Below, piece by piece: positions 38,479-55,415 of a DNA stretch of 64,000 nt (position 1 is the stretch's first letter; each line of letters opens with the position of its first letter). Origin of the DNA: Chrysomallon squamiferum (taxonomy: Eukaryota; Animalia; Mollusca); NCBI GenBank assembly GCA_012295275.1, contig CM022677.1, forward strand, positions 248,001 through 312,000, given 5' to 3'. The position numbers were made by a program, and so were the translations under genes. The notes beneath the pieces were generated by a model, which was given only the letters and a program-made list of their open reading frames with translations, was not told the origin of the DNA and searched no databases.

Positions 38479-40429
38479 CAAATTTCTGAAAATAAAACAA
38501 ATAATAATAACAACAACAACAATAATAATAATAATAATAATAATAATAATCATTATCATAATAATAATAATTATTATTATTATTATTATTATGATAATAT
38601 TAATAACACTAATATAATAATAACAATAAATAAAAACAATAATAAAGAAATAAAGTTCTCTATAACTTGTTTACTGATGTATTGCTTAATCTTTGATTTA
38701 CTATTTTTGTAAAAACAATATTGTTATCGTGATGTTATGTTTTAATTTCATCATGTTGTTTTTAATACATAGAAAAGGTGAAAAATAAAGAATAATTGAG
38801 GTCACAGCTATTTTCATATAAAATATATTTTGGTACTTTATTAAATTAGAATTTAAACTGTTTTCACTAAAACAGTAATATCCAGTTCAAGATGTTGTAT
38901 TTTGGTTTTGTCATCATTCTCAAAGAAATTTTAAAATAACATGTCTGATCAAAGGATATCGCTACTATCATATAAAATTTATTTGCATACTGAAATAAGT
39001 TATGAAATAAACAACATTTTTAAGAAAGCTAATTTATTTCTGTACAGCTAATATTTTGTTAACTGTTTATATATTTTAATACAAATATGAGATTCAATAC
39101 ATTACAAATAAACTCATTAGTTGATGATAGTTTGTCTTTAACTTATAGCATCTGTGCTCTCTTAATCCAGCCATGTAAACCAAATAATACAAATTTTTAT
39201 AATACATATTGTTTTTAGTTACCATGGCAATATATATATATATTTCATTTACAGGTTGCCATGCCTATTTTTTATGTATTTTAAATAAAACTCTGTTTTC
39301 AGGGAATGTGGGTAGACTGGAGGCTGTACAGTGAAATGTGTATCAGACTTACCCATTTTTATTTAACTTTTTATTTATTTATTTTATTATTTTTAAAGAT
39401 TTGAAATATGTACCCAAGTAATCAGTGTAATAAAGTAAAAATATTCAAAACATATTTTTTTTTATGTGACATAATACCTGTCTTTGTACATTCTTTATAT
39501 TAAGATTTGTTGGGGTTTTTTTGTTTTTTGTTTTTTTTGCTGTTATTAAAAAGAAATATCTCAACATTGTATTAAATATTATAAAAATAAAATAAAAATG
39601 TATTTCCCTTTTTATTGTTGTTGTTATTTTATATATTTTTAGAATTATATCAAATATTATTTATATTTTTTATTGTTGTTTTTTTATTAGAAAGAAATGT
39701 ATCAACTAATTTATTATTATTACATTAAGAGAGATTTATTTCTCCTTTCATTGATGTTATCACGCGATGGTTTGAGGATCGCATTAAATAATAATTAGAA
39801 TAGCTTTATTTATCTTTTTATTGTTGTTGTATATATTTTTAGAATTACCTTAAATATTATTAAAATATTTTTATTTTTTATTGTTGTTGTTTTTGTAGTT
39901 ATTACTGTATCAGATTTTAGAATTATATTAAATATTAAAATAGTTTTATTTATTTATTTATTTACTTTTTGGGGTCATTCATTGATCTGATTTTAGAATT
40001 ATATATACACATACACACACATATACTATCTATGTATCTATCTTATTCCTGTATTCAATATTCTGATCCATCAGTAACCATCCATGTATGATCAATGCAT
40101 CTCACTAGTTACCTACACATCAATGTCTGTATAACTACCTTACATATCTATTTTTCTGTATGTCTTTCCATCTATAAACACACTTAAATATATGTCTAGA
40201 ACTGAAAATATAGAATAAAACATTCTTACACATGCATATATGTTACAATCAATATGTGAAACTAGTCATTTAGCCTAACACCCAAAACCATCAGAAATTA
40301 GGCCTAATGAGTAAAATGTCCAGGAATTAGGCCAAATGACTGGATTTTCCATGGCATTGTTTGACATCTGCCTGATAGTAATTCAGACAATCAGTCAAGC
40401 AGGTTTAATGCTTTGCAACATCATTTGTG

Positions 40430-40725
40430 GTTCAGTTCAATTCTTTATTATTCTAAGCTTTACAGCTTATTGATATACATTGTCAATAATAATAAGAAAA
40501 AAAAAAGGTAAAAAAAGAAAACAATTACAAATAGTGACAGAGTGATAAAAAGAGAAAAATCCTTTGGAGAATGTTAACAGAAGACAAATTATGTCTAACC
40601 AAAATTTTCCCAAATTTCAATCTCATCTTCAGTTTTGCCACTGTTATACATAATAGACATATTCTTTCTGCTCTCTCAAGATTTCTATATCTCCCAGTCT
40701 TATTTGCAGTCTTCTTCAGAGCACA
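40430..40725 (-). mobile_element. LINE 3' end fragment (CR1/L2-like RT C-terminal region and tail)
   Basis: KTGRYRNLERAERICLLC(fs)NSGKTEDE matches the ETGRY...ERICxxC...EDE motif. Ends in AATAAAGAATTGAACTGAA. Confidence 0.75.
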
Positions 40726-40799
40726 ATGATTCAAATGGGTTCAATGCTTTCTTACATCTGTTCATTGTATTGATTAGTGGTTGAGTTATTTTTACATCA

Positions 40800-41050
40800 A
40801 ATACCAGTTATATGGTAGGGATTAGAGGTACTGTTATTGTTACGTCAAATATCAGATAAATGTTAGGGATTAGAGGTACTGTTATTGTTATGTCAAAGAC
40901 CAGTTATATGGTAGGGATTAGAGGTCTTGACTGACCAGTTGCCACCGAACACCAATCTTGACCAGCTGCCACCCAAAACCAAGCTTGACCAGTTACCACC
41001 CAAAACCAAGCTTGACCAGTTACCACCCAACTCGGACCTGACCAGCAGCT
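40800..41050. repeat. Two adjacent short minisatellites: roughly 50-bp unit containing tagggattagaggt (x3) and 27-bp unit cttgaccagttaccacccaaaaccaag (x4)
   Basis: Direct observation. Confidence 0.85.
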
Positions 41051-41526
41051 GCCCAATGCCAGGAGCCAGTTTGATGTGTGTCCCCAGAGACTGCTATTGT
41101 CTCATGATGTCTCTTAGAGCAGGGCTGTCAAGGGAATCTATCAGTATTGTCCTGTACAAAGTCCACTGGTTTGTGTTTGTGTGAGTGGAGGAGATATTGA
41201 CAGGTATCTGCTTCTTTCAGTAATAAAAAACAACAACAATATTAAAATATTTATGGAAACAAAGTTTATTTCTCTACCGATTAGAGGCAAAAACATCACA
41301 CATTCTTATGCAGCTGGAAACGAACAATACAGACAGAAACCTACATATACTCTTTATTTCTGTCATAAATATATACAAAGTGATTTAACATTTTATCCAT
41401 TTTATAAAGCAATTAGCATAGACGAAAAAGTCTGAAACGAAAAATAGATCATATATTAAAACATTTCAAACACAATTAGTCTGGCATCACTGTGTCAAAG
41501 TGACAGGTAGCTGCATGTGTGCGTGT

Positions 41527-41581
<55 letters not shown>

Positions 41582-41916
41582 GTTGTGTGTACCTGTTTCT
41601 TGATCAATATTGTTCTCTACATATTTGTTATAATTACTTTTAATTTTCTTCTTCTTCTTGTTATCATCATCATCATCATCATCATCATCATCTTTATTAT
41701 TATTATTATTATTTCACATTATAGGTGAAATTTTTGTTCCTTTCTTTATTTGATAAATGACAGAACAAAAATAAATGTTGCTGCTGGGTTGCATTCAAAA
41801 CTAAATAAAGTAGAAAATACATGAAATTACAGATATGTGTGTGTTGTTGTTGTTTTAACTATGCTAACACTAGAACCAGGTTAGAAAATTCGATGGCTAA
41901 TGAAGAGTGAACAGAA

Positions 41917-42069
<153 letters not shown>

Positions 42070-42519
42070 ACTTTTGTATGTATATAAATGAACGAGCAAA
42101 CAGAAAGATAAACATGGATTTTGAAAGTTGTTGTGCATGCAGCAGGCAAGTGAGACAGAGAGACGCAGGTGTTGGGAGAGTTTGATACAGATAAAAACTT
42201 AGACAGACTGACAGATTGTTTGTAGACAGATAAACAGAAAGCCACATAGGAACATACTGATAGATATAGAAATACCGAGACAAGCAGATTAATGAGGGGT
42301 GTATATATATAATGGTGGTTAGATATACATATGCATGTGTGTGTGTTGTAAGTGTGTATGAAATATATTTTTTATAGATTGAATATGAAATGATGAACAT
42401 GTCTGATAGGTTGGTTTGAGTATTTGAGCAACAAACTGTGGAAATATGTGTTTATGAGTTAGAAAGAATCTGTTTTTTGTGTGGTTTTCTGTGTGTTTTT
42501 GAGAGTGCCTATGTGCTGG

Positions 42520-42781
42520 AGATACACAGATAGACAGATGTGACAACGCAGACTGAGGGAGCTGTGAAATGTGTGAACTGTGTTGTAGATACACAGGTAG
42601 ACAGCTGTGACAACGCAGACTGCGTGGAGCTGTGAAATGTGTGAACTGTGTTGTAGATACACAGGTAGACAGCTGTGACAACGCAGACTGCATGGAGCTG
42701 TGAAATGTGTGAACTGTGTTGTAGATACACAGGTAGACAGCTGTGACAACGCAGACTGCGTGGAGCTGTGAAATGTGTGAA
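42520..42781 (+). repeat. 68-bp tandem repeat, about 3.8 copies
   Basis: gagctgtgaaatg recurs at 42559, 42627, 42695 and 42763. Confidence 0.95.
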
Positions 42782-42838
42782 TTGGAACAACCCGGATGTG
42801 CGGCTCACGGCGGCTTCTTCTGTGAGTGCGATCCGTGA
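42721..42838 (+). pseudogene. Remnant terminal exon of a second C-type lectin
   Basis: VDTQVDSCDNADCVEL*(fs)NWNN(fs)xGCAAHGGFFCECDP* fits the CTLD QxD...C.EL...WNDxxCxxxxxFICE spacing. AATAAA follows at about 42847. Confidence 0.6.
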
Positions 42839-43349
42839 TCAGCGAAAATAAATGAAAATAAAAACACAGTTGTTTCTTCTTATTGTCATTATTTTTTATT
42901 ATTTTTAGCTTTTTATTATTGTTGTTATTGTTAATATTTTTATTTTATTATTATTGTTATTATTATTGTTGTTATTATTATTTTTAGCTTTTTATTATTG
43001 TTGTTATTATTCGTGTTATTTTTATTGTTATTATTATGGTTATTGTTATTTTTTATTATCATCATCATCATCATTATTATTATTGGTATTATTTTTATTA
43101 TTATTAGTGTTGTTGTTGTTGTTGTTTTTATTATTATTATTATTATTATTATTAGTTATATTAGTAATTGTAGTAGTATTACTATTATTATTTTTATTAT
43201 AATTTTCTTTCATTTCCCTTTCACATAATGCACAGAAAATTGACATAAAAAGAGAAAATAAAAAATATACACAAACAAAAAAAGATTTAAAAAAACAACA
43301 AAAATTTAAAAATTAAAAAAGAAAAATGTTTGAAAATAATAATAGTTAC

Positions 43350-43625
43350 TCTTAGTGACTCACTTCCTGACTCACTGTGTGACTGACTCAGTGCCTTATT
43401 GACTCACGTGTGACTGACTCAGTGACCGTCTTACTGACTCACGGTGTGACATACTCACTGTGTGACTGACTCACTGTGTGACTAATTCAGTGATTGTCTT
43501 ACTGACTCACTGTGTGACTGATTCACTGTCTTACTGACTCACGGTGTGACTGACTCAGTGACAGTGTCTTAATGACTCACTGTGTGACTGTCTTACTGAC
43601 TCACTGTGCGACTGACTCAGTGGCT
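43350..43625. repeat. Degenerate (TGAC)n-type array containing about 13 TGACTCA heptamers
   Basis: Direct observation. Confidence 0.9.
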
Positions 43626-43696
43626 GTCATACTAATACTAATAACAAAAGAAAAGAAACCTCTGGAAGTTTAGCGTTTTTATTTATTTTTTTATTA

Positions 43697-46766
<3,070 letters not shown>

Positions 46767-46783
46767 GTTTCTCTGTTGTACAG

Positions 46784-46991
46784 CGAAGGATCAAACTGAT
46801 TGCGCTGTGTGTATCGACACTGTAAAACACAAACTGTCAGACGAAGGATCAAACTGATTGCGCTGTGTGTATCGACACTGTAAAACACAAACTGTCAGAC
46901 GAAGGATCAAACTGACTGCGCTGTGTGTATCAACACTGCAAAACACAAACTGTCAGACGAAGGATCAAACTGATTGCGCTGTGTGTATCGA
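46784..46991. repeat. 58-bp tandem repeat, about 3.6 copies, directly upstream of the lectin ATG
   Basis: gaaggatcaaactga recurs at 46785, 46843, 46901 and 46959. Confidence 0.95.
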
Positions 46992-46997
46992 TAAAAT

Positions 46998-49900
46998 TTG
47001 TAAACACTAATTAGCGTTAGATGCTGCCGGAAGTTTTTAATGTTCCAAATTCAATTATTATAAGTCTATTATTTGAACTTTTTATGATTTACCCTGATAA
47101 GGGTGGTTGTTCATATTACAAAACCGTGATCTCCTGCGCCTTTCCTAACTACTTTTACAACAAAAAACAAAAAACAAAAAAAAATTAAATGAAAAACATT
47201 AAATGAATTAGGTATTTTTGAATAATTCAATAAATACTATTAACACATCAAAATAAACCAAAAATAAAGGAAACTGGTTATTTAAAAGTCAAAGATAACG
47301 CAGGGATTGTTAATAAGCTGGTTCTGTCTGCTAGAAAACATTATCCAAAATTAGTTCTTTTCATCTAAAAGCACCAAATCTAATTTACCGTCATCTCGCA
47401 AATGCGAGGAGTAATCTATTTCAGAAGTTCGTGGTCTAAGGGAAATAACTCTATTTAACACGTAGGTAGATATACCAAAAAGACTGAGTATTGAGTCAAA
47501 TTTTAAAAAAGAGAAAAAAAAGAAAGAAAGAAAAACGAAATGACGCAGAAACCTTTTGTTGTTGTTGTTGTTTTGTTTCAATAAATGAGAAAGACTAAGA
47601 AGAGACGAAAGATTACTTGTAATATCTCAAGTTTCCTAAATATGGATCATTCTCTGAATTTACTAAATTCAATAAAGTGATTTTATTTAAATCTATATAT
47701 TATTTTTTATTTCTATTTAATGTAACTGTTTGCTTTTTTGTAATAACTATGTGCCTGAAATAATAATTTTATTTCCTTTCTTAATCTTTTCTTTTTCGCA
47801 TGTTTCGGTATTCTTTCTTAATTATTATTTTATTTATCATTTTAAGTAGTATTATTGCAATTACTGTCGTTCTTTTTTTCGTTAATGTCATGTCAGATAG
47901 TATTACTGTCGTCATTATAAAGAAAGAAACAATTATCAACAGATAGATAGGTAAACACACACACACACAGAAAAGAAAAAGTTTGGTATTTGTGTTTGCC
48001 TTAGAGCACTGGTTTTCAACCTTATGAGCAACTGAATACGACCGATGGCCCCCTTTAACATTTTTGATTCAATGATATATAGGGTTACCATATTTTCTTC
48101 AACCAAAGACAGTGCAAAAGGAATCTAATAGAGAGATAGGTACACTGAAGATAACTAGGGATGGATTTAGAGACAGACAGACATTTTACATGAACTTGTA
48201 AGAAAGTGTTTGCACATGTGTTAATATATCATATTAACCTCGCTTTTCACATTTTTTCTCTTATTGGCCATTTTAATTACTCAGTTCACTTTTGTCTTTT
48301 TTTTATCTATGTCTGTCTGTCTATCTGTCGATCTATCTATCTGTCTGTCTGTCTGTTTATCTATCCACCTACCTATCTACCTCTCAGAATGTATTAATAA
48401 GTACAGGGGTCGCTGTAACTATAATTTCAGTAATTTTTGTTATAAACACTGCAAACAGTATTGATAATAAAGAAGCGATGATATTATATCTCACTTGGAG
48501 AGGTTCAGTGTATGCTGAAAATACAGAAGGATCTTCGAGATTAATATTAATAAATTTATTTATTTATTTATTTGTCTTAATATATCCTCTCACCTCTCAA
48601 TTCTACTTAACAATAATAATAATAATAACAATAGCAATAACAAAAGCAATAAAATAATAATAATAATAATAATAATGTGGAAGACAATATTTTTCAAGTG
48701 CATTCTTAATGAAAAGTTAGTCTTATTATTTATTTATTTACTTCTTTATTATGCGAAATAATATTAAATAATATTGTTAATTAAAAAAGAAGACCTGTAT
48801 TTTTCAATACATAATATTATCGCTACTCCTCTGTTAACAATCATAAAACGTAATATATATCGTAACGCCGTGTAAAATTACTCTTACTTAGCTTTCCAGT
48901 GAAACATGTTCTGATGTAATAAAATGAAACATTAATATAGAAGCGTTATGGACATTTTGGATTTTACATATATCTACTGTTGTTTATAAAAACACACCAA
49001 CACGAAACCCCAATCTACATTTCTGTTTCAGAGTAAATTCACACCTGCAAAGTTTACTATAATGATACAGTACACACATAAAACAACAATTCTCTTTTCA
49101 ATCCTCTTTTTGTCTTTATTGTGAAAAACAACATGATGTTGTATTTTTGTATTTATTTATTTTTATTATTTTTTTTTTTACTTTAAAATGAAAAGGTGAG
49201 AATGAGCGAGACATTTATTTGAAAAGCTCAATGACTACTACTACTACTACTAATAATAATAATAAATCAATAAACATTGTGTAAAATAAACAAAAACAAT
49301 TATGGCCTACGTTAATTATAATTTATTATGCAGGTCAGAAGTGTACACTGAAATATTAAATTGGCTTCATGATTATTACTAGGATTATACTGAAAAAAGA
49401 GAGGAGAGATTTATAACTGACCACGTTAGTTACATCTACTAGTGCAGAATGCACAAGTTAAATATTTTGTTTTATAGAGGATCACTGGATAATGAAAAAT
49501 ATAGCTTGCGCTTATTGATTAACGTCATTTGTTTATTGACTATATTAGAGATTATAAAATAAAAAATAATACAGTTAAAACTCTAACAATGTGAATGAAA
49601 ACAAACATAATATTCTGCAGGGAACTAGAGAGTTATGTACCCTTTTGTTTAACAGTAGCTGTAGAGTTGATACTTAGCATTTATTCTACTGGAATAATTT
49701 ATAAACTGAGAAATATAGCGAGTTAGATTTCCAGATTTATGTTTTCAATACATACTATTACCGCTACGCCTCTGTTAACGTAACATAAAACATGTAACAT
49801 AAATAGTGATGGCGGTTCTTATTTTCATAACGTCGTGTAAAATTACACCTACTTAGCTTTTCAGTGAAACGTGTTCTGATGTTAATAAAATGTCACATTA

Positions 49901-52370
49901 GTATTGAAGAGTTAACGATACTTTGGATTTCACATATAATTCTACTGTTGTTTGTAACAACACGCTAACACCGAACCCCAATCTACATTTCTGAATGTAC
50001 AGTGACTTCACAGTAAAATCATTCAGTAAAAAAAGGATCGAATACTGATGGAGATTGTTATCAATTATACCAGAGATTGTGTTATTAATTAGTTTTCTAA
50101 AATTAATATTTAACAAGTTTATTTTAATAACTGCTCGTCCTATACAACGGCGTGTGTTTTGTGAAGAAACGTTTGGGTGAAACTTGTGAAAACAAGTCGG
50201 ACTGTGCAGACGTGTAGCTGACTGTCTGGCTAACATTAAAAAATTCCACTGGCCCATTTTGTTATTCCAAAAATCAGTATCGAGACATGATACAAATCTT
50301 ATTTGAGTATTTACAAAACACGAAACTTTGACGTCGTGTAGTTTTCTAGATATAATTTGTGATGCTGGACAGAGTTTACATTCTATAAACAAATAAGATT
50401 TCAGTTTTATATGAACAAACCGAGGTTCAACCAAAAATAGAATGATATAGTACAAAGAATGCCATTATTTTACACTGATTATTTTTCTTAAATAAATTAA
50501 TTAATTAGTTTAATTTTGAAACAGACTGCACAATTTTAATAATGGATTTTGGATATTAATACATTAAATATGTATTTCAGAAGGCGCCAGTTTAATCTGA
50601 CATTTTAAAAGCTTCAGGAAATATTTTATTGATAACTGGAGAAGTAAGATTAATATTTACTTGAAAGTAAAGCCATGTAATAAATGCTGTTTCGTCTATC
50701 TAACTGTTCATATCCTCATCTCATAAAACACTCAATAGAGTGGCTTCCCCTGTATATCTAGTCATTAAATTATTTTTTTCTGAATTTACAAATCCAGCGC
50801 TGTAAAAATGCCACTATAAAATAAAATGTCCGACATTATAAGAATCCAGTCATTTTTGTTTATACGTTGATAATAAATGATTTAATATGAGGTATAATAT
50901 TTATGTTGTCAACATGAGCGCAGTTTTCACATGTAATTTTGAAACTGAACATCGACTTTTTTTTAATTAACATTATCAAGATTATTCTTGAAAAGCTGAT
51001 AACATTCCTTTATCTGTATCCAATATTATACTGACAATTATATGAAATTATCAACATTTGTTATGATCCAAAACAGAGGTAAACTTAATAAAATATCAAT
51101 GTAAACAGTGGTACATTTGATAAGATAGAACGTAATTTATTCGTATAAGCTGCACAGCTGGTAGTAAATAGAAACGTAAATTCGAGCAAACTGAAATTAT
51201 CTTCAGAAAACTCACAAAAATCTGTTATTAATCGCTTGCACACTGAGCTGAGAAATTACTCCTTACATCTAGTTTATATGCAAAATGTAGAATCAGCAAA
51301 AATAATATAATCTTTTATATTCATTTCAAAATCTTCACCTTTCCTGTATTTTTTTTATTTTTATTAAAAAAACAGAAAAAAGATTCAACATTCATATTTT
51401 TAAGTAATTTCAACTTAAAGATCATCATGTTTCTTCTAATAAAAAATAACCAGATCATGATTAATACAAATACAATTTTAATTCAGTTAACAGTTTACAT
51501 TAGAAGTATATTATTATTATTATTTTAATTTTTTATAAAAAAATTCGCAAGACCCTAATTATTTAATCTTCAATTATGTTTACATTGATTACCAGCAAAC
51601 CTTGTTTTAAACAATATAAAAAAGATAAAGAAAGTTTCTTTTTAAGAAAAATAACAAACAATTCTAATTACTCCATTATATAATGTTCAATTATATTAAC
51701 ATTGATTAACCCAGCAAACCCTTGATTTTCCCCTCATTTAAATAATATAAAGAAAAGATAATTAGACCTCTATGCACCATCACATTAGTTTTGTTTTTTT
51801 TCATTTGAGACAGATTTTGTCTTGAAAATGTTGACCTTTCTCTGGTCATGGAAGACTGTGATGTAATAGCATTCTAGTGCTCTAGTGAACCTTATCTGAA
51901 AATGTGTCTTACATTTTTCAACTGAAGTGATGGCTGAGGCAGCTTAAATCTGTTGTCTAGGATCCTTCAACAAAATATAATATTCATTAATAAAGTCAAC
52001 ATAAAAAAAGTGCAACTAGCATTTGTTGTCAAGTTAATGAAGAAATAAAATGTGGGTTGAGAAACAAAATGTGTTACTGATCAATGAAAACATTATAGTA
52101 CGTATACTATAACCTTTTATAATTCTTCTCAGGCCTTATTATTTTTTTAATATTTTTTTAATATGTATAATAATAAAAGCAGAAATACAGCCAGTCCAGT
52201 TAAAATGGAAACACATGAGTGAAAGCTACTAAAACTACAAAAGTAAAGAGCTGCAATCCACACTGCAGACTGAAGCTTGGAATTCCCTAACCAAACTGAT
52301 TTACTAAAATCAACCATTACTAAAATACACCATGCCATTAATGTAAATTAAATAACAATAAATCATTTCT
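46998..52370 (+). repeat. Segmental duplication block, copy 3
   Basis: Colinear with about 20520-29030, with indels. Confidence 0.9.
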
Positions 52371-53914
52371 AAAACAAGTATTTGTAAGTTCAGTGCTCAT
52401 TTTCTTAATTTTCAGTAACTTATCAAACCATTTCATAAATTCAAATAAAATAATTTTATTTGAGGTAAACATCACATAGCAAGAAGAAAAAGAAAAATAT
52501 TACTGCAATTCAAAATAATGTACTTGTTTGTAATTTTTACTAATTTTAAACCTAACTGAGTAAAGTGGAAAAAATAAAAAATAAAACTAATAATTATGGA
52601 ACAGAAACCAACAATGGTAAAAAAATAAAAAAATAAAAAATAAAAAATAATAATAAGTATGTCCAAAATATATATATATACTTTTCCTGGACACTTGATA
52701 TCTCTATTTTGTGTGATTCCCTGTTACCTAGTGGAGTAAAATAAATAAATAATAAAATGATATGTGTATCATTTAAGTTTTAAATACAAAAAAAAAAAAA
52801 AAAAAAAAAATCATTATTACTAAAAAATTGATGTCTTTATTTTTAATTTTTTATTTTCATTATTATTATTATTTTTTTTTTTTAATGAAGATAAAAACAG
52901 AAAATTATTTTAGAAATGACTCACCAATATCAGTGTCCTGTAAATGCTCAAAGTAGTCTTCTTAAACTAAATGAACATCATAATCCACATTCTCCGACAG
53001 GAACAGGGCATCATCATGTGATTTCCATTGAAAACTTCAACAAAAACATTGATAAAGACAAATATTTTACATTATTCAAATGGTTGTAAATTCTGTAAAT
53101 AAAATAGTGAAATAAATAGTGTTCATCAGTCTGATGAGATATTCTTCAGGCTGAAAGTTAAGCTGCAATATAAGTTAATGTATTAGGAAAGGAAAGACGT
53201 GTAAAAGAATTAAATCAAAATATTGATAACTAGGACAGTATGTTTACATTGTAAAAAGATGCTTTACAGAAAAATATTAAATCAAATGGAATGGTAAAGT
53301 ACATTATATTTGTTGATTTAATAAACACTTACTTCAAGCTGGTCACTAATGCTAAAACAGACGAAATCTAAAATAAAGAAAAAATATTTTATTTAAGAGC
53401 ATACACAACATGTTTTTGTTTTTTTACTATTTTTAATATCTTAAAAGGAACTAACTACACAGATAATGAAAAAGAAATCCTGTTTCTAAAATAAGAAGTG
53501 ACACCCTTTTAAACAAGTAACCAACATTTTTTTTTTAAGATGTATCAGGCATGGATCTTCAGCTAGATTGTTAAATAACCTTATACCAGTCTGTGTAGCA
53601 GATCTACATGTTGCAGACCAGGCATCATAAACAAAAGCACTAAAAATATATACATTATAACTTTAGAATTGTGCTGTCTAATGGTTTACTATTGTTATTA
53701 TCAATAAACCTAATGTAATTCATTGGCCTTAAAGTTCCACCAAATCATTAACAACTGAATTTTAGAGAAATCATTAAATAAATATTTTTCGCTTTTATAG
53801 GTAGAGAAGTTATTTTATTCCTGAGATTAGTTAGTGACAACACCTTTTCTCACAAACTAGAGATTGTTATTTATTGTCATCTTAGAATAGATGACTAAAT
53901 TCTTCACAGGAAAC

Positions 53915-54807
53915 AACATGCCTCCATTCGTGCCTGTTCTTTTCTCAAATCTTATTCTAGTGCCTCTACCACGTTACACTACAACTACCCAGTCTCTGAA
54001 GTGACCATGCAGACCAAGCGCCATCAACTGTAAGCATGAAATTGAAGAATAAATAAACAAAAAAATAAATATATAAATAATAAGTTTTCAATTTTTTGCT
54101 AGTACAGTAGAGTTTGTCAATAAATGAGTTGGTGAGGATGCAATTCCAAGACAGATTATTGATCAGGCATACAAAATTATATGAATTAATGTTATAATGA
54201 TCATGTTATAAGACTGGTTATTGATCAGCTATACAAAATTATCTATTAATTAATGTTATACTGATCATGTTATAAGGCAGGTTATTGATCAAAAGTAATT
54301 AGACCTGAAAGTATTTGTATAAATTGTTTAACAACTATAAAGTGTTTGACAAGAGAAATATATGTAATTATTTAAAATCATATTACAAAGTTAATTTTAA
54401 AAATCTCCTATAATGCTCACAGCAGGCACTGGATTGGAAAATGGTTGATAAACAAATAAAAAAATAAATAAAAGAAATACATATTTAATTTGTGTGTGTG
54501 TGTGTGTGTGTTGTGTTTATGCAAATGTGTACACCAACACACACACAATGAAAACACAAAACACAGAGAGATTCATATATATTACATTTATACTCGCTCT
54601 CACATATCATAAATATTCAGTCCATTTTCAGAAGCTTACCTCTGTCACTCAGTGCACTGGTACAGCTTTCAGTGATTGTAGTTTGTCTATCTCCACTACA
54701 CTGACTTCCACCATTAGCTGGTGTTGGGCTTCTACAAGTTCTTAGTAATGTCACAGTTCTCTAACAGTTTGACTCACTGGTCTGTACATTTTGTCATCCC
54801 ACATCCA
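53915..54807 (-). pseudogene. Thrombospondin type-1 repeat pseudo-exons (54640-54807; about 53915-54027)
   Basis: Phase 1-1 exon VDVG*QNVQTSESNC*RTVTLLRTCRSPTPANGGSQCSGD...ESC. Next exon VDGAWSAWS...GSCSVT(fs)GRGTRIR. TSP1 WxxW, CSVTCG and RTC..P.P.NGG..C.G motifs. Confidence 0.82.
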
Positions 54808-55375
54808 CTGAAAACAACAAACAAAAAATATAAATATATATTTCTTCATCAAAATTTATCAAATACAAATTATGATTTAAATTATCAAACCATTTTTATT
54901 ATAATTGTTTTATAAAAACAGTTTTATATACTGTAAATAATTATTTTTTCATCAAATATTAGCTCAGTTTCTTAGAGCAGGGCTTTCAACGGAGTCCACC
55001 GCAGGAGGACAAGAGTTTGTGAAGTACAACTGTGAAGTGAAATAAAGCTGTCAAACAAAATGTTTCAAGAACAATTCAAGATGTTACTCAAGTTTGAACT
55101 GCTGTCATAAATAGAACACTACTTGTGATTTGTTTCAAAATAGATGTTTTCATGGAACTGGAAATCATTCTTTTTCATTCAGTGATTTTGCCTAATGACT
55201 ATTTCAGTAATCTGGCCTAATTCCTATAAATTTTACTCATTAGGACAAAATCCTGATTGTCTTAGGTATGCTAAACATTGCAACCAGTAGGGCAAATCAT
55301 TAGTTTGACAGACTGACTGTAACATAAACATTAAATTCACAGCCACTCTTCAAAAAACTCACAAGCACATTTTCC

Positions 55376-55415
<40 letters not shown>

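Noticed and set aside
42520-42781. 68-bp array as CRISPR
   Set aside because: Units are contiguous near-identical repeats with no unique spacers. Eukaryotic context and no cas genes.
46784-46991. 58-bp array as CRISPR
   Set aside because: No variable spacers; simple tandem repeat.
49898-50455. 185-aa minus-strand ORF
   Set aside because: No recognisable motif. The paralogous region at about 23850-24430 does not preserve the frame.
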